Made by a program: the position numbers and the translations under genes. Shown here in pieces: positions 25,082-37,541 of a DNA stretch of 64,000 nucleotides; positions within the stretch are counted from its first letter, which is position 1, and each line of letters opens with the position of its first letter. The stretch comes from Escherichia coli. GTDB lineage: Bacteria > Pseudomonadota > Gammaproteobacteria > Enterobacterales > Enterobacteriaceae. Location: NCBI RefSeq assembly GCF_001677475.2, contig NZ_CP015229.1, one strand, 5' to 3'. The notes beneath the pieces are model-generated. The model searched no databases. It was not told where the DNA came from and worked only from the letters and a program-made list of their open reading frames with translations.

Positions 25082-25293
25082 AGCTTAAAAAATATTCAGT
25101 TACAGGAAAGGTCAGGGCAGGGATTCTACAGAGTTCTGGATAAAATTTGTATCGCAATCTCATTCGCTGGCGGAGGCGAAGGAAATGTAAATTTTGTTAA
25201 TTCGGCGTGAAGAATTGATCCTGGACAGCATTTTGCTCAAAAAATAGCCATACTATTTAATTGCAACAAGGCTGGAAAGAGGAGGATCGAAGT

Positions 25294-25677
25294 ATGTTCG
25301 TTGACAGACAGCGAATCGATCTGCTGAACCGGTTGATCGACGCACGCGTTGACCTCGCTGCATACGTGCAACTGAGGAAGGCAAAAGGATACATGTCCGT
25401 CAGCGAAAGCAATCATCTACGAGATAACTTTTTTAAACTGAATCGCGAACTGCACGATAAATCTCTGCGGTTGAATCTTCATCTGGATCAGGAAGAGTGG
25501 AGTGCTCTTCATCATGCTGAAGAAGCATTAGCGACAGCCGCAGTATGTTTGATGAGTGGGCACCATGATTGCCCGACTGTTATTACCGTCAACGCCGATA
25601 AGCTTGAAAATTGTCTGATGAGCTTAACGCTGAGTATCCAGAGCCTGCAGAAGCACGCCATGCTTGAGAAGGCCTGA
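25294..25677 (+). CDS. bssR: Biofilm regulator BssR (YliH)
   Basis: 127-aa product from MFVDRQRIDLL; internal ATG chosen over the ORF-track start at 25261. Confidence 0.8.
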   Translation: MFVDRQRIDLLNRLIDARVDLAAYVQLRKAKGYMSVSESNHLRDNFFKLNRELHDKSLRLNLHLDQEEWSALHHAEEALATAAVCLMSGHHDCPTVITVNADKLENCLMSLTLSIQSLQKHAMLEKA

Positions 25678-25787
25678 AAACTAAGGGGGAGAAAGCGCCT
25701 CCCCCTTCATGTTTAAGTTTTTGTAAAAATGAATTTGTTATCTCCTCCACTGACTACGCTTTAAGCCAGAGTCAATCCGGAGGCGTT

Positions 25788-26903
25788 ATGCATCGACAAT
25801 TCTTTTTCCTTGTGCCCCTTATTTGTCTTACTTCCGCTCTCTGGGCGGCTCCTGCAACGGTAAATGTCGAAGTACTGCAAGACAAACTCGACCATCCCTG
25901 GGCGCTGGCCTTTTTACCCGACAATCACGGTATGTTAATCACGCTGCGCGGCGGCGAGTTGCGTCACTGGCAAGCAGGAAAAGGATTATCTGCGCCGCTT
26001 TCCGGAGTGCCGGACGTTTGGGCGCACGGGCAGGGCGGCCTGCTGGACGTGGTTTTAGCGCCTGATTTTGCTCAGTCTCGCCGCATCTGGTTAAGTTATT
26101 CCGAAGTTGGCGATGATGGCAAAGCCGGAACTGCTGTGGGTTATGGCCGCTTAAGTGATGATCTCTCAAAAGTGACCGACTTCCGCACCGTCTTTCGCCA
26201 GATGCCAAAACTGTCTACCGGCAACCATTTTGGCGGGCGGCTGGTATTCGACGGTAAAGGTTATCTTTTTATTGCTCTGGGCGAAAACAATCAGCGCCCG
26301 ACGGCGCAGGATCTGGATAAATTACAGGGCAAACTGGTGCGTCTGACCGACCAGGGCGAAATCCCGGATGATAATCCTTTTATAAAGGAATCCGGTGCGC
26401 GCGCCGAGATCTGGTCTTATGGCATTCGTAATCCACAAGGAATGGCGATGAATCCGTGGAGTAAAGCACTATGGCTGAATGAACATGGCCCGCGCGGTGG
26501 TGATGAAATTAATATCCCGCAAAAAGGCAAAAACTACGGCTGGCCGCTGGCAACCTGGGGAATCAACTATTCGGGCTTTAAGATACCGGAGGCGAAAGGG
26601 GAGATCGTCGCCGGGACCGAGCAACCTGTTTTTTACTGGAAAGATTCGCCCGCCGTGAGCGGCATGGCCTTCTATAACAGCGATAAATTCCCCCAGTGGC
26701 AGCAAAAATTATTTATTGGCGCGCTGAAAGATAAAGATGTCATTGTGATGAGCGTCAACGGCGACAAAGTGACAGAAGATGGCCGTATTTTAACGGACAG
26801 AGGGCAGCGAATTCGTGATGTTCGCACTGGACCCGACGGTTATTTATACGTTCTCACCGACGAGTCCAGTGGGGAATTACTTAAAGTTAGCCCACGCAAT
26901 TAG
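25788..26903 (+). CDS. yliI: PQQ-dependent soluble aldose sugar dehydrogenase YliI
   Basis: 371-aa ORF with signal peptide; beta-propeller glucose/sorbosone dehydrogenase-like sequence. Confidence 0.85.
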   Translation: MHRQFFFLVPLICLTSALWAAPATVNVEVLQDKLDHPWALAFLPDNHGMLITLRGGELRHWQAGKGLSAPLSGVPDVWAHGQGGLLDVVLAPDFAQSRRIWLSYSEVGDDGKAGTAVGYGRLSDDLSKVTDFRTVFRQMPKLSTGNHFGGRLVFDGKGYLFIALGENNQRPTAQDLDKLQGKLVRLTDQGEIPDDNPFIKESGARAEIWSYGIRNPQGMAMNPWSKALWLNEHGPRGGDEINIPQKGKNYGWPLATWGINYSGFKIPEAKGEIVAGTEQPVFYWKDSPAVSGMAFYNSDKFPQWQQKLFIGALKDKDVIVMSVNGDKVTEDGRILTDRGQRIRDVRTGPDGYLYVLTDESSGELLKVSPRN

Positions 26904-27526
26904 CTAACGGGAATCATCACCACTTTGCGCACTGCTGGGCGTTCAGTGAGTTGCTGATACCAGCGTTGCAGATTTGGACGCGGTGTCCAGGTCAGGCCAA
27001 CGTTAAACAAATTGTAGATGAACGGAGCGATAGCGATATCGCCCACACCAAACTCGTCGCCAGAGAACCATTTTACTTTTGCCAGTTCCGCATCGAGCAG
27101 GGCAAACAGGGCGTCGCACTCTTTGCAACTGGCATCAATGGCGGCCCGATCGCGCTCTTCCGGTGGTGTTCTGACTAATCCCATCAGGATCCCGCGATGG
27201 GCATTACTGAGTGTCTGGTTTGCCCAGTCCATCCATTTTTCTGCTTCCGCACGACGTGCCGGTGAGTCGATCCACAGACGTTTTTGCCCGTACTGTGCCG
27301 CCAGATAGCGGACAATGGCGTTTGATTCCCAAAGAATGAGATCACTTTCGTCGTCACGCAACAACGGCACCAGCCCGTTAGGGTTCATCGCCAGAAAATC
27401 AGCATCGTGATTTATCCCAAACTCACGGCCCGCGAGAATTTGCTCATAAGGTAGTTCCAGTTCTTCGAGCGTCAGCAATACTTTTTTTACGTTGGTTGAA
27501 TTATTCCGACCCCACAGCGTAATCAT
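26900..27526 (-). CDS. gstB: Glutathione S-transferase GstB
   Basis: 208-aa product from MITLWGR; GST fold; convergent 4-nt overlap with yliI. Confidence 0.85.
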   Translation of the reverse strand: MITLWGRNNSTNVKKVLLTLEELELPYEQILAGREFGINHDADFLAMNPNGLVPLLRDDESDLILWESNAIVRYLAAQYGQKRLWIDSPARRAEAEKWMDWANQTLSNAHRGILMGLVRTPPEERDRAAIDASCKECDALFALLDAELAKVKWFSGDEFGVGDIAIAPFIYNLFNVGLTWTPRPNLQRWYQQLTERPAVRKVVMIPVS

Positions 27527-27772
27527 ACTCACCCCTTTTCCGACAGGCAGCCACAGGCTGAACAGGACTCTGATGGTGAAGTAAAGTTAACTTTTAAGCA
27601 ACAGCTGGCAAAAAAATGACACCAGAAGCAGCGAAGCGGCAGGATATTGCATAAACTTTAAAAACTTTACCAACTTACGGTTTCTTTAAGTTTGTGTGTG
27701 CGTTATTAATCACCGAACTTATCATACGGCGATATAACGTATTTTTTTTGAATGGATACTCGGGTGGCATTT

Positions 27773-28975
27773 ATGACGCAATACTCCTCTCTCCTTCGTG
27801 GTCTTGCAGCGGGTTCTGCATTTTTATTCCTTTTTGCCCCAACGGCATTCGCGGCGGAACAAACCGTTGAAGCGCCGAGCGTGGATGCGCGTGCATGGAT
27901 TTTAATGGATTACGCCAGCGGTAAAGTGCTGGCAGAAGGCAATGCGGATGAGAAACTGGATCCCGCAAGCCTGACTAAAATCATGACCAGCTATGTGGTT
28001 GGGCAGGCGCTTAAGGCCGATAAGATTAAACTCACCGATATGGTGACGGTCGGTAAAGATGCCTGGGCGACGGGAAATCCGGCACTGCGTGGTTCATCGG
28101 TAATGTTCCTCAAACCGGGCGATCAGGTTTCGGTGGCAGACTTGAACAAAGGTGTGATTATCCAGTCCGGTAATGACGCCTGTATTGCGCTGGCTGATTA
28201 CGTTGCCGGGAGCCAGGAGTCATTTATTGGTCTGATGAATGGTTATGCCAAAAAACTGGGTCTGACCAACACTACCTTCCAGACGGTGCACGGCCTGGAT
28301 GCGCCGGGGCAGTTCAGTACCGCGCGCGATATGGCATTGCTGGGTAAAGCATTAATCCACGATGTGCCGGAAGAGTACGCCATTCATAAAGAGAAAGAGT
28401 TCACCTTCAACAAAATTCGTCAGCCTAACCGTAACCGTCTGCTGTGGAGCAGCAATCTGAATGTTGATGGCATGAAGACAGGAACCACTGCAGGCGCGGG
28501 ATATAATCTGGTTGCTTCGGCTACCCAGGGTGATATGCGTTTAATCTCCGTAGTGCTGGGGGCGAAAACTGACCGTATCCGTTTTAATGAGTCTGAGAAA
28601 TTATTGACCTGGGGTTTCCGCTTCTTTGAAACCGTGACGCCAATTAAACCTGATGCCACCTTTGTGACTCAGCGCGTCTGGTTTGGTGATAAGAGCGAAG
28701 TGAATCTCGGGGCAGGTGAAGCGGGCTCAGTGACCATACCGCGTGGGCAGCTGAAAAACCTGAAAGCGAGTTATACGTTAACGGAACCGCAGCTCACCGC
28801 GCCGCTGAAAAAAGGTCAGGTTGTCGGCACCATTGATTTCCAGCTTAACGGTAAATCTATTGAACAGCGTCCGCTGATCGTGATGGAAAATGTGGAAGAG
28901 GGCGGATTCTTTGGTCGGATGTGGGATTTCGTGATGATGAAATTCCATCAGTGGTTCGGCAGCTGGTTCTCTTAA
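27773..28975 (+). CDS. dacC: D-alanyl-D-alanine carboxypeptidase DacC (PBP6)
   Basis: 400-aa product; active-site motifs SLTK, SGN and KTG; signal peptide. Confidence 0.9.
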   Translation: MTQYSSLLRGLAAGSAFLFLFAPTAFAAEQTVEAPSVDARAWILMDYASGKVLAEGNADEKLDPASLTKIMTSYVVGQALKADKIKLTDMVTVGKDAWATGNPALRGSSVMFLKPGDQVSVADLNKGVIIQSGNDACIALADYVAGSQESFIGLMNGYAKKLGLTNTTFQTVHGLDAPGQFSTARDMALLGKALIHDVPEEYAIHKEKEFTFNKIRQPNRNRLLWSSNLNVDGMKTGTTAGAGYNLVASATQGDMRLISVVLGAKTDRIRFNESEKLLTWGFRFFETVTPIKPDATFVTQRVWFGDKSEVNLGAGEAGSVTIPRGQLKNLKASYTLTEPQLTAPLKKGQVVGTIDFQLNGKSIEQRPLIVMENVEEGGFFGRMWDFVMMKFHQWFGSWFS

Positions 28976-29021
28976 TTTTGTGATAACCGGATGGCGCGAA
29001 ACGTCATCCGGTTATACGTCA

Positions 29022-29780
29022 TTAATACATCAACTTAATACGCTGCGTCTGCGCGTACTTCACATATTCATCTTCCGGGCAACAATCGCTCACCATAATA
29101 TCAAAGCGTTTCAGGTCACCCATGCGCGCCGGACGCACCTTGCCAAATTTACTGTGGTCGACAACCAGCACATGCTTTTGCGCCATCGACATGGCCCAGT
29201 GTTTTACCGGCAACTCTTCAAGATTAAAACAGGTAGCGCCTTTACTGACATGCACGCCCGCCGCAGAATAAAAAGCGATATCCGGGCAAAAATTATTCAG
29301 CGTTTGCTGAAAATCGATGGGTTTGAAAATGGCGTTGCTGGCGTGAAATTCACCACCGCAAAGAAACGCGCGGCAATGGGGTTTCTCTTTCAGCGCCAGA
29401 AAGGTATTTAGCGAATAACAAACGGCGGTAAAAGGGATTTCATTATCAATCGCTTCAATAATCCACGGTGTGGTGGTGCCACAGTCAAAAAAGAGGGTCT
29501 GATCGGGTTCTACCAGCGTCGCAGCCAGTTTTGCCGCCCGGCGTTTTTCTTCCACCAGGCGGGATTTTTGATCGCTTAACAGGTAATGGCTGGCACTGCG
29601 CGGTTCCAGAACAATATAGCCGCCGAGCAAAACGACGGGCGCACTGTGGTTGTTCAGATCGCGACGAATCGTCATCTCCGAAACCCCAAGCAGGGCGGCG
29701 GCGTCTTTAAGATGTAACTTATCGCTGCGTTTTAATTCTTGCAGCAGCTGCCCGATACGCTCTTCGCGACGTGTTTCCAT
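29022..29780 (-). CDS. deoR: Deoxyribose operon repressor DeoR
   Basis: 252-aa ORF with N-terminal helix-turn-helix; DeoR-family sequence. Confidence 0.88.
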   Translation of the reverse strand: METRREERIGQLLQELKRSDKLHLKDAAALLGVSEMTIRRDLNNHSAPVVLLGGYIVLEPRSASHYLLSDQKSRLVEEKRRAAKLAATLVEPDQTLFFDCGTTTPWIIEAIDNEIPFTAVCYSLNTFLALKEKPHCRAFLCGGEFHASNAIFKPIDFQQTLNNFCPDIAFYSAAGVHVSKGATCFNLEELPVKHWAMSMAQKHVLVVDHSKFGKVRPARMGDLKRFDIMVSDCCPEDEYVKYAQTQRIKLMY

Positions 29781-29837
29781 AATCCCTCTGAATAGTTATT
29801 GAAGCGAGCCGCTCAATACTACACTTTTTAGCAGAGA

Positions 29838-30434
29838 TCAGTCACGCACCCAGCCTTTGCGGATCGGTAATGCAAAACAGAAGCGATACCACGATTGCAG
29901 ACGTTGATAGAGTTTATGCCCTATCGCTTGCCAGATAATCTGGGCGCTAAGGCAGCCAATCATACCTGCCAGCAATCCACCGAGCATATCCAGCGGCCAG
30001 TGGACGCCAAGATAAACGCGCGACCAGGCAATGACGACGGCCAGCACCATTAAAAGTGAGCCGGACCACAGGCGATGCCAGCATAAAAATGCCAGTGCAA
30101 AGGTGAAAATCACCGTACCGTGATCGCTCGGGAATGAGTCATCCGCCGCATGATGCAGGAAGTTATAGCCGATATTTTCGACAAAGGGTCGGTCGTGCGG
30201 AAAAAGATGCCCCATCGTCCAGGACACAAACAGGCTGACCGCCAGCGCAATAGCGATTTTTATCACCAGTTGCCGTTGTGCTGTAAGCCCCCACAGCCAA
30301 AGTATCGCGGCCAGCAACGGCACCACGGTAATCAAATCTTTAGCAATAAAAATCGCCAACGAGATCATCCACGGCGCAGAGTCTGGCGTCGCGTTAATAA
30401 GAGAGAATAGAGAGAGATTCAAATTTTCCAGCAT
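29838..30434 (-). CDS. ybjG: Undecaprenyl-pyrophosphate phosphatase YbjG (PAP2 family)
   Basis: 198-aa product from MLENLNLSLF; PAP2 motifs (PSDHG, SRVYLGVHWPLD). Confidence 0.85.
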   Translation of the reverse strand: MLENLNLSLFSLINATPDSAPWMISLAIFIAKDLITVVPLLAAILWLWGLTAQRQLVIKIAIALAVSLFVSWTMGHLFPHDRPFVENIGYNFLHHAADDSFPSDHGTVIFTFALAFLCWHRLWSGSLLMVLAVVIAWSRVYLGVHWPLDMLGGLLAGMIGCLSAQIIWQAIGHKLYQRLQSWYRFCFALPIRKGWVRD

Positions 30435-30718
30435 AACTTCCCGACGCAAAGTGATTAAAAGGGAGCCAATACAGGCAAGTCGTTGAGAATAAAGTGCAGG
30501 TTAAACTGGGTAAAGCGGCATCGTCTTATTTCCCTCAAGCGGCCTGTTTACGGTGGGTGATTGTAACGGGCATAGGTTAAATAAAACTTAAAGAAAGCGT
30601 AGCGATACTCGCGATAATGTAAGAATGTGCTTAACCGTGGTCTCAGCTACAAAATTCGCTTTCTCGTTAGCTGCGCTTTTATTAAACTTTGCGCGATTAT
30701 TATTGGCGAAGAAATTGC

Positions 30719-31951
30719 ATGCAAAATAAATTAGCTTCCGGTGCCAGGCTTGGACGTCAGGCGTTACTTTTCCCTCTCTGTCTGGTGCTTTACGAATTTT
30801 CAACCTATATCGGCAACGATATGATTCAACCCGGTATGTTGGCCGTGGTGGAACAATATCAGGCGGGCATTGATTGGGTTCCTACTTCGATGACCGCGTA
30901 TCTGGCGGGCGGGATGTTTTTACAATGGCTCCTGGGGCCGCTGTCGGATCGTATTGGTCGCCGTCCGGTGATGCTGGCGGGGGTGGTGTGGTTTATCATC
31001 ACCTGTCTGGCAATATTACTGGCGCAAAACATTGAACAATTCACTCTGTTGCGCTTCTTGCAGGGCATAAGCCTCTGTTTCATTGGCGCTGTGGGATACG
31101 CCGCAATTCAGGAATCCTTCGAAGAGGCGGTTTGTATCAAGATCACCGCGCTGATGGCGAACGTGGCGCTGATTGCTCCGCTACTTGGTCCGCTGGTGGG
31201 CGCGGCGTGGATCCATGTGCTGCCCTGGGAGGGGATGTTTGTTTTGTTTGCCGCATTGGCAGCGATCTCCTTTTTCGGTCTGCAACGAGCCATGCCTGAA
31301 ACCGCCACGCGTATAGGCGAGAAACTGTCGCTGAAAGAACTCGGTCGTGACTATAAGCTGGTGCTGAAGAACGGTCGCTTTGTGGCGGGGGCGCTGGCAC
31401 TGGGATTCGTTAGCCTGCCATTGCTGGCGTGGATCGCCCAGTCGCCGATTATCATCATTACCGGCGAGCAGTTGAGCAGCTATGAATATGGTTTGCTGCA
31501 AGTGCCTATTTTCGGGGCGTTAATTGCGGGTAACTTGCTGTTAGCGCGTCTGACCTCGCGCCGCACCGTACGTTCGCTGATTATTATGGGCGGCTGGCCG
31601 ATTATGATTGGTCTGTTGGTCGCTGCTGCGGCAACGGTTATCTCATCGCACGCGTATTTATGGATGACCGCCGGGTTAAGTATTTATGCTTTCGGCATTG
31701 GTCTGGCGAATGCGGGACTGGTGCGATTAACCCTGTTTGCCAGCGATATGAGTAAAGGTACGGTTTCTGCGGCGATGGGAATGCTGCAAATGCTGATCTT
31801 TACCGTCGGTATTGAAATCAGCAAACATGCCTGGCTGAACGGGGGCAACGGACTGTTTAATCTCTTCAACCTTGTCAACGGAATTTTGTGGCTGTCGCTG
31901 ATGGTTATCTTTTTAAAAGATAAACAGATGGGAAATTCTCACGAAGGGTAA
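30719..31951 (+). CDS. mdfA: Multidrug efflux MFS transporter MdfA (Cmr)
   Basis: 410-aa product from [14 protein letters not shown]; 12-TM MFS with MFS motif [11 protein letters not shown]. Confidence 0.9.
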   Translation: MQNKLASGARLGRQALLFPLCLVLYEFSTYIGNDMIQPGMLAVVEQYQAGIDWVPTSMTAYLAGGMFLQWLLGPLSDRIGRRPVMLAGVVWFIITCLAILLAQNIEQFTLLRFLQGISLCFIGAVGYAAIQESFEEAVCIKITALMANVALIAPLLGPLVGAAWIHVLPWEGMFVLFAALAAISFFGLQRAMPETATRIGEKLSLKELGRDYKLVLKNGRFVAGALALGFVSLPLLAWIAQSPIIIITGEQLSSYEYGLLQVPIFGALIAGNLLLARLTSRRTVRSLIIMGGWPIMIGLLVAAAATVISSHAYLWMTAGLSIYAFGIGLANAGLVRLTLFASDMSKGTVSAAMGMLQMLIFTVGIEISKHAWLNGGNGLFNLFNLVNGILWLSLMVIFLKDKQMGNSHEG

Positions 31952-31990
31952 AAAAATGCCTGATTGCTTTGTGCGATCAGGCATTCTCGA
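31952..31990. terminator. Bidirectional terminator between mdfA and ybjH
   Basis: aatgcctgattgctttgtgcgatcaggcatt: near-perfect inverted repeat flanked by A-run and T-rich run. Confidence 0.6.
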
Positions 31991-31991
31991 A

Positions 31992-32276
31992 TTAATGGTG
32001 ATGGTCGTCAATCTGGTGTTCGATAACCATCCCTTCACCTACGCTGGCAAGATGGCGAACATAAGGATGCGGTCGGTAAGCCGGAGCTGGCGCAGGAGCC
32101 ACATAGACGGTTTGCGGCACAGTCGCGACGCTGACCGCTTGTGGAACGCTGATTGAATCAGGAACCACAACCACTTTGTATCCACTCGGCACATCGACGG
32201 TGACATTTTGCGCCATCGCCACACCAGTAAAGCCCATTAAAAGCGCGCCCAACAGTAGACAATTTTTCATAATCAT
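31992..32276 (-). CDS. ybjH: Uncharacterised secreted protein YbjH
   Basis: 94-aa ORF with signal peptide MIMKNCLLLGALLMGFTGVAMA; synteny. Confidence 0.75.
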   Translation of the reverse strand: MIMKNCLLLGALLMGFTGVAMAQNVTVDVPSGYKVVVVPDSISVPQAVSVATVPQTVYVAPAPAPAYRPHPYVRHLASVGEGMVIEHQIDDHHH

Positions 32277-32361
32277 TTCGCCTGAAATAATGCAGCGGGT
32301 AAATTTCCGCGAATTATGCAGCCTTCATTCAGGCATTGTGTTGCCGGGCGTGCTGCCGTTT

Positions 32362-33177
32362 TTATTGGTTAAATGGCGCTTCGTGTTTAAGAACTTTATC
32401 GATCACATCCAGTACGCCTTCACGGTTATTGGAGCCTGCCCGGTATTTTGCCGCTGCGACGACCGCGCTGCCGGCATTTTCCATTGCAAAACTAAAGCCT
32501 GCCTGACGCAGCATCTCAATATCGTTACCGCCATCGCCAAAGACCACCACTTCGCTGTCGTCTATTCCCCATAATTTCTGCAGTTGGCGAAGGCCATTGG
32601 CTTTATGTACGCCGGGGATAATCAGATCGATGCTGCCGTTGCCGGTGTGGACCGGCACCATAATATCGCCGATGGCCTCATGTAATGCTTTTTGTACTTG
32701 TGGAATCAGTTCATCGGAAAGATTCAGACCAAACTTAAAGAAGATATCTTCTAAGTTGTCAAAGTTATCGACGTATTCCAGACGGTGATAATACATTTCC
32801 GCCACCGTTTTCATGGCATCGTCATATTTTTTGAGGGTATAGGCGCTATTTTTTCCGCAGGCAATAATTTCCACTTCCGGGCGCGTCAGCAAATGTTCCA
32901 CGACAGTAGCAAACGCATCCTTCGACAGCTCGCCATTAAAAACATCTTTGCCTTCGCTCACTACCCAGCCGCCGTTTTCAGCCACAAAGGCTATTTCATT
33001 AGCAATTTCCGGAAAGAAAGAGATCAACTGATAATATTGATTCCCGCTGGCGACCACAAAGCGAATGCCTTGTGCTTTCATTTGCTGATACTGAGCCATA
33101 AACCGCTCACGGTTATAGGTTTTTTGATCGCTTAAGAAAGTACCATCCATGTCTACCGCAATTAATTTAATGCTCAT
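32362..33177 (-). CDS. ybjI: HAD-superfamily Cof-type phosphatase YbjI (FMN/5-amino-6-ribitylamino-uracil phosphate phosphatase)
   Basis: 271-aa product from ATG ending at 33177; HAD motifs DMDGTFL and GDGGNDIEM; start overlaps ybjJ stop (TGATG). Confidence 0.85.
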   Translation of the reverse strand: MSIKLIAVDMDGTFLSDQKTYNRERFMAQYQQMKAQGIRFVVASGNQYYQLISFFPEIANEIAFVAENGGWVVSEGKDVFNGELSKDAFATVVEHLLTRPEVEIIACGKNSAYTLKKYDDAMKTVAEMYYHRLEYVDNFDNLEDIFFKFGLNLSDELIPQVQKALHEAIGDIMVPVHTGNGSIDLIIPGVHKANGLRQLQKLWGIDDSEVVVFGDGGNDIEMLRQAGFSFAMENAGSAVVAAAKYRAGSNNREGVLDVIDKVLKHEAPFNQ

Positions 33178-34385
33178 CAATTATTCTCCATCGCCGTCTG
33201 CGTTTTGGTATCGGGTTTGGCGACGGCTTTCGCGACAATAGCCGCGAGAATAACCAGCGCCAGTACAACCAGCATTGCACTACGTAGTCCATAATGTTCG
33301 CCGAGATAGCCCAGCAGCGGCGGCCCGACGAGGAAAGCCAGATAACCGGTCGTTGCTACTACGCTGACGCGGGTCGGTGCATCGGGGCCGGTATCGCTGG
33401 CGGCAGAAATGGTCAGCGGGAAGCCCAGCGAAGCACCCAGTCCCCAAAGTACAACAGACACCCCTGCGACCCAGGCGCTATCGACAAAAATAATCAGCCC
33501 AATACCCAACGCTCCCATTAGTGCACTGGCCCGAACCACGGCAACGCGACTGTAACGGTCGATGAACCAACCGCCGGTAAAGCGTCCAACAGTCATCCCC
33601 AGGGTAAAACCGGCATAAATCAGCGAGCCGGAAGTAGGGCTAAAACCGTGACCGTCAACCATTAATAAGGGTAACCAGTCGTTGGCAGAACCTTCGGCAA
33701 AGGCCATCGCCAGCACTACAACACCAATCAGCAGCAACTGGATATCGCGATAAAAAGGTACGCCTTTTTCACCATGCTGGGTGCCATCGGCAGCATTTTT
33801 GCCCGTACCGTCAGGGATTGCCTGAATGGCGATATAAATAGGCGCGATGCCTACCAGCGCCGCCAATAAAATGTGCACCGTTGCCGGAACGCCAAAGGCC
33901 GTCAGTGCCATCCCGATACCAGCGCCTGCCAGCGTGCCCAGGCTATAAAAACCGTGCATCATCGGCAAAACCGTCTTATTCATTTCTCGCTCAACGGCAG
34001 CACCTTCAACGTTTATCGCCACTTCCGCAGAACCAAAACTTGCCCCAAAGACGCCGAGACCAACGGCAAAGAGCAGGGGCGATGTCAGCCAGAGTGCCAG
34101 ACTTAATATCATCATCCCGATCAATGCGCAGGACATCGTGACCAGGATGACATTACGCGTCCCAAAGCGTTTCACTAACCACGCCGAGCAGAGAATACCG
34201 CTCATTGAACCGATCGACAGACCAAAGAGGACTCCGCCCATTTCAGCGATCGAAACAGAAAGAATATCGCGGATAGCAGGCGTACGGGTTGCCCAGGACG
34301 CCATTAACAGGCCCGGCAAAAAGAAGAACATAAACAGCGCCCAGGTTCGGCGTTTCAATGCATTACGTGAAGAATTTAAGGTCAT
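33177..34385 (-). CDS. ybjJ: Putative MFS transporter YbjJ
   Basis: 402-aa hydrophobic ORF; synteny. Confidence 0.85.
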   Translation of the reverse strand: MTLNSSRNALKRRTWALFMFFFLPGLLMASWATRTPAIRDILSVSIAEMGGVLFGLSIGSMSGILCSAWLVKRFGTRNVILVTMSCALIGMMILSLALWLTSPLLFAVGLGVFGASFGSAEVAINVEGAAVEREMNKTVLPMMHGFYSLGTLAGAGIGMALTAFGVPATVHILLAALVGIAPIYIAIQAIPDGTGKNAADGTQHGEKGVPFYRDIQLLLIGVVVLAMAFAEGSANDWLPLLMVDGHGFSPTSGSLIYAGFTLGMTVGRFTGGWFIDRYSRVAVVRASALMGALGIGLIIFVDSAWVAGVSVVLWGLGASLGFPLTISAASDTGPDAPTRVSVVATTGYLAFLVGPPLLGYLGEHYGLRSAMLVVLALVILAAIVAKAVAKPDTKTQTAMENN

Positions 34386-34428
34386 AGATCACGTCAAAAT
34401 AAGAAGAGGGAAGACAACATTAGCAAGG

Positions 34429-34448
34429 TTGTGTACATTTGTACACAA
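34429..34448. promoter_or_regulatory. Perfect 9-2-9 palindrome in the ybjJ/rcdA divergent promoter region (candidate TetR-family operator)
   Basis: ttgtgtaca-tt-tgtacacaa read directly; lies 21 bp upstream of the rcdA start codon. Confidence 0.45.
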
Positions 34449-34468
34449 TTGCAGAGAGAGGAAATGAC

Positions 34469-35005
34469 ATGCGTCGCGCTAACGATCCGCAACGGCGAGA
34501 AAAAATTATCCAGGCCACGCTGGAGGCGGTGAAACTTTATGGAATACATGCTGTTACGCACCGCAAAATTGCTACCCTTGCCGGGGTACCGTTGGGATCG
34601 ATGACCTACTATTTTTCAGGAATTGATGAGTTGTTGCTGGAGGCGTTCAGCAGTTTTACTGAGATCATGTCCCGGCAATATCAGGCATTTTTTAGCGATG
34701 TTAGTGATGCACAGGGCGCATGCCAGGCTATCACCGATATGATATACAGCTCACAGGTTGCAACGCCGGATAACATGGAGCTGATGTACCAGCTCTACGC
34801 GCTGGCTAGCCGAAAACCGCTATTAAAAACGGTAATGCAAAACTGGATGCAGCGCAGTCAGCAAACGCTCGAACAATGGTTTGAACCCGGAACTGCCCGC
34901 GCGCTTGATGCGTTTATTGAGGGGATGACGCTGCATTTTGTCACCGACCGTAAGCCGCTATCGCGCGAGGAGATTTTGAGGATAGTTGAGAGGGTTGCAG
35001 GGTAG
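34469..35005 (+). CDS. rcdA: TetR-family transcriptional regulator RcdA (YbjK)
   Basis: 178-aa product from [21 protein letters not shown]; TetR-type N-terminal helix-turn-helix. Confidence 0.85.
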   Translation: MRRANDPQRREKIIQATLEAVKLYGIHAVTHRKIATLAGVPLGSMTYYFSGIDELLLEAFSSFTEIMSRQYQAFFSDVSDAQGACQAITDMIYSSQVATPDNMELMYQLYALASRKPLLKTVMQNWMQRSQQTLEQWFEPGTARALDAFIEGMTLHFVTDRKPLSREEILRIVERVAG

Positions 35006-35179
35006 TAGATAAATTTTAGGCAACAAAAAACCCACCAACCTTGAACCGAAATGGCGGGGTTGATGGGCTCCACAAAATGGGGACATCAAAGAAAAGCAGT
35101 GGCACTAATTAAGACTGATGCCCTGCGGAAAAGTTCTGCGGTTGTGCAAAAAAATTTCATTTTCAGGGCAACTTCAGTT

Positions 35180-36865
35180 TTATCCTAATCCAGGCCATAC
35201 CATGACGATGATTGTCCCTGCCAGCGTCAGCAGGACGTTGGCGATTGCGTAGGTGCCCGCATAGCCCAGCGCCGGGATGTTACTGCGAGCTGTATCACTG
35301 ATGATCTCCATTGCCGGCGCGCAGGTGCGTGCGCCCATCATTGCGCCAAACAACAGTGCGCGGTTCATTCTCAATACATAAGCACCGAACAAGAAACAGA
35401 TAACCACGGGCACCAGACTGACAATCAATCCGGCAATTAACATCTGACCGCCAATCGCGCCCAGGCCGTTATTAATACCGCTACCGGCGCTCAGACCAAC
35501 GCCTGCCATAAACACCATCAAGCCGAACTCTTTCACCATGCTTAATGCACCTTGCGGAATGTAACCGAAGGTCGGGTGGTTAGCACGCATAAAGCCCAGC
35601 ATAATTCCGGCGAATAACAACCCGGCAGCGTTCCCCATGCCGAAACTGAATGTGCTGAACTGGAAGGTGATCATCCCGATCATCAGCCCAATAACAAAGA
35701 AGGCGCAGAATGCCAGCAAATCAGTGACCTGGCTGTGAATCGAGATAAAGCCGATGCGATCGGCGATGGTTTTTACGCGGCGGGCATCGCCGCTGACTTG
35801 TAATACGTCACCTTTGTTAAGCACGACGTTGTCATCTATCGGCATCTCAATCTGGCTACGAATGACGCGGTTAAGGAAGCAACCGTGATCGGTCAACTTC
35901 AGTTGTGCGAGACGTTTGCCAACGGCGTTATGGTTTTTAACGACCACTTCTTCAGTGACGATACGCATGTCGAGAAGGTCACGATCGAAAACTTCTTTAC
36001 CGTTACGGAAGCTGGGATCGAGTCGGGCATGGGCGTCGGGATAGCCTACCAACGCTATTTCATCGCCCATTTGTAGCACGGCATCACCGTCTGGATTTGC
36101 CAGAATCCCGTTACGTCGAATACGTTCAATGTAGCAGCCGGTTTGTCGATAAATACCCAGCTCACGCAGATTTTTGCCGTCGGTCCAGGCCACCAGCTCC
36201 GGGCCGACGCGGTAGGCGCGGATCACCGGTAAATAAACCTTACGGTTGGCATCAGTGTCCAGGCCACGTTCGCGGGCGATTTGCTGGGCGCTGGTCTGTA
36301 AGTCCTGATGCTGCAATTTCGGCAAGTAACGCGCACCAACAATCAAACTCACCAGACCGATTAAATAGGTTAAGGCATACCCGAGGCTCAGATTATCCAG
36401 CGCCAGTGAGAGCTGTCTGCTTTCCATGCCGGAATGACGCAGTGTATCGCCAGCACCGACCAGAACCGGTGTCGACGTCATAGAGCCTGCTAACATACCG
36501 GCCGTCAGGCCAATATCCCAGCCAAACAGCTTACCTAACCCTAAGGCGATGACCAGCGCACTGCCAACCATCACCAGTGCTAACATTAGGTAATTTTTCC
36601 CATCGCGAAAAAAAATGGAAAAAAAGTTCGGTCCGGCTTCGACCCCGACGCAGAAAATAAACAGCATAAAGCCAAGATTAAGCGCGTCGGTGTTAATGCT
36701 GAAATGTTGTTGGCCTAATAACAGCGATACGACTAAAACGCCAATGGAATTACCCAGTTGGATCGAACCAAGTCGTAATTTCCCGAGACATAGCCCAAGC
36801 GCGAGGACCACAAATAATAACAGAATGTAATTCCCATTTAACAATTCGGCGACGTTTATATTCAC
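35180..36865 (-). CDS. ybjL: Putative transporter YbjL (AAE-family permease with two TrkA-C/RCK domains)
   Basis: 561-aa ORF; duplicated membrane halves around a cytoplasmic insert; synteny. Confidence 0.85.
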
Positions 36866-37134
36866 GGAGGCTAACTTCTTGTTTACTAGTAAGCTGTTGA
36901 AAGAAATGGTAATTTACGATAATGTTTTTTACCAGAATTCAGGGCGCAGATTCATTCAGCGCACCTAAACGATAGTAAAGTAACAATATATTTTACTAGT
37001 GTAATCACATTAGGTATCAACGGCTATATGAATTGCGTTGGCCTATATTAGCATGGAATGCGAAGCGGCTTTATCTTACTGAACGCCACACTGGCGAAAA
37101 ATGTGTTCGATAGACGCAGTGTCAGGAGGAACGA

Positions 37135-37494
37135 GTGAAACATAAACAACGTTGGGCGGGGGCAATCTGCTGTTTTGTCCTCTTCATTGTGGTGTGCCTT
37201 TTTCTGGCGACGCACATGAAAGGCGCTTTTCGGGCTGCCGGGCATCCTGAAATCGGCTTGCTGTTTTTCATTCTTCCTGGAGCAGTTGCCAGCTTCTTTT
37301 CACAGCGTAGAGAAGTCCTGAAACCTCTGTTTGGCGCAATGCTGGCGGCACCCTGTTCAATGCTTATTATGCGGCTGTTTTTTTCACCGACGCGCTCATT
37401 CTGGCAAGAGCTGGCATGGTTATTAAGTGCGGTGTTCTGGTGTGCGCTGGGGGCACTGTGTTTCTTATTTATCAGTAGTTTGTTTAAACCATAG
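37135..37494 (+). CDS. ybjM: Inner membrane protein YbjM
   Basis: 119-aa hydrophobic ORF, GTG start at 37135; synteny. Exact start uncertain. Confidence 0.7.
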   Translation: MKHKQRWAGAICCFVLFIVVCLFLATHMKGAFRAAGHPEIGLLFFILPGAVASFFSQRREVLKPLFGAMLAAPCSMLIMRLFFSPTRSFWQELAWLLSAVFWCALGALCFLFISSLFKP

Positions 37495-37541
37495 CACAGA
37501 AAAAATCAATAAAGCCCTCAACGCGAGGGCTTGTCAGACGA

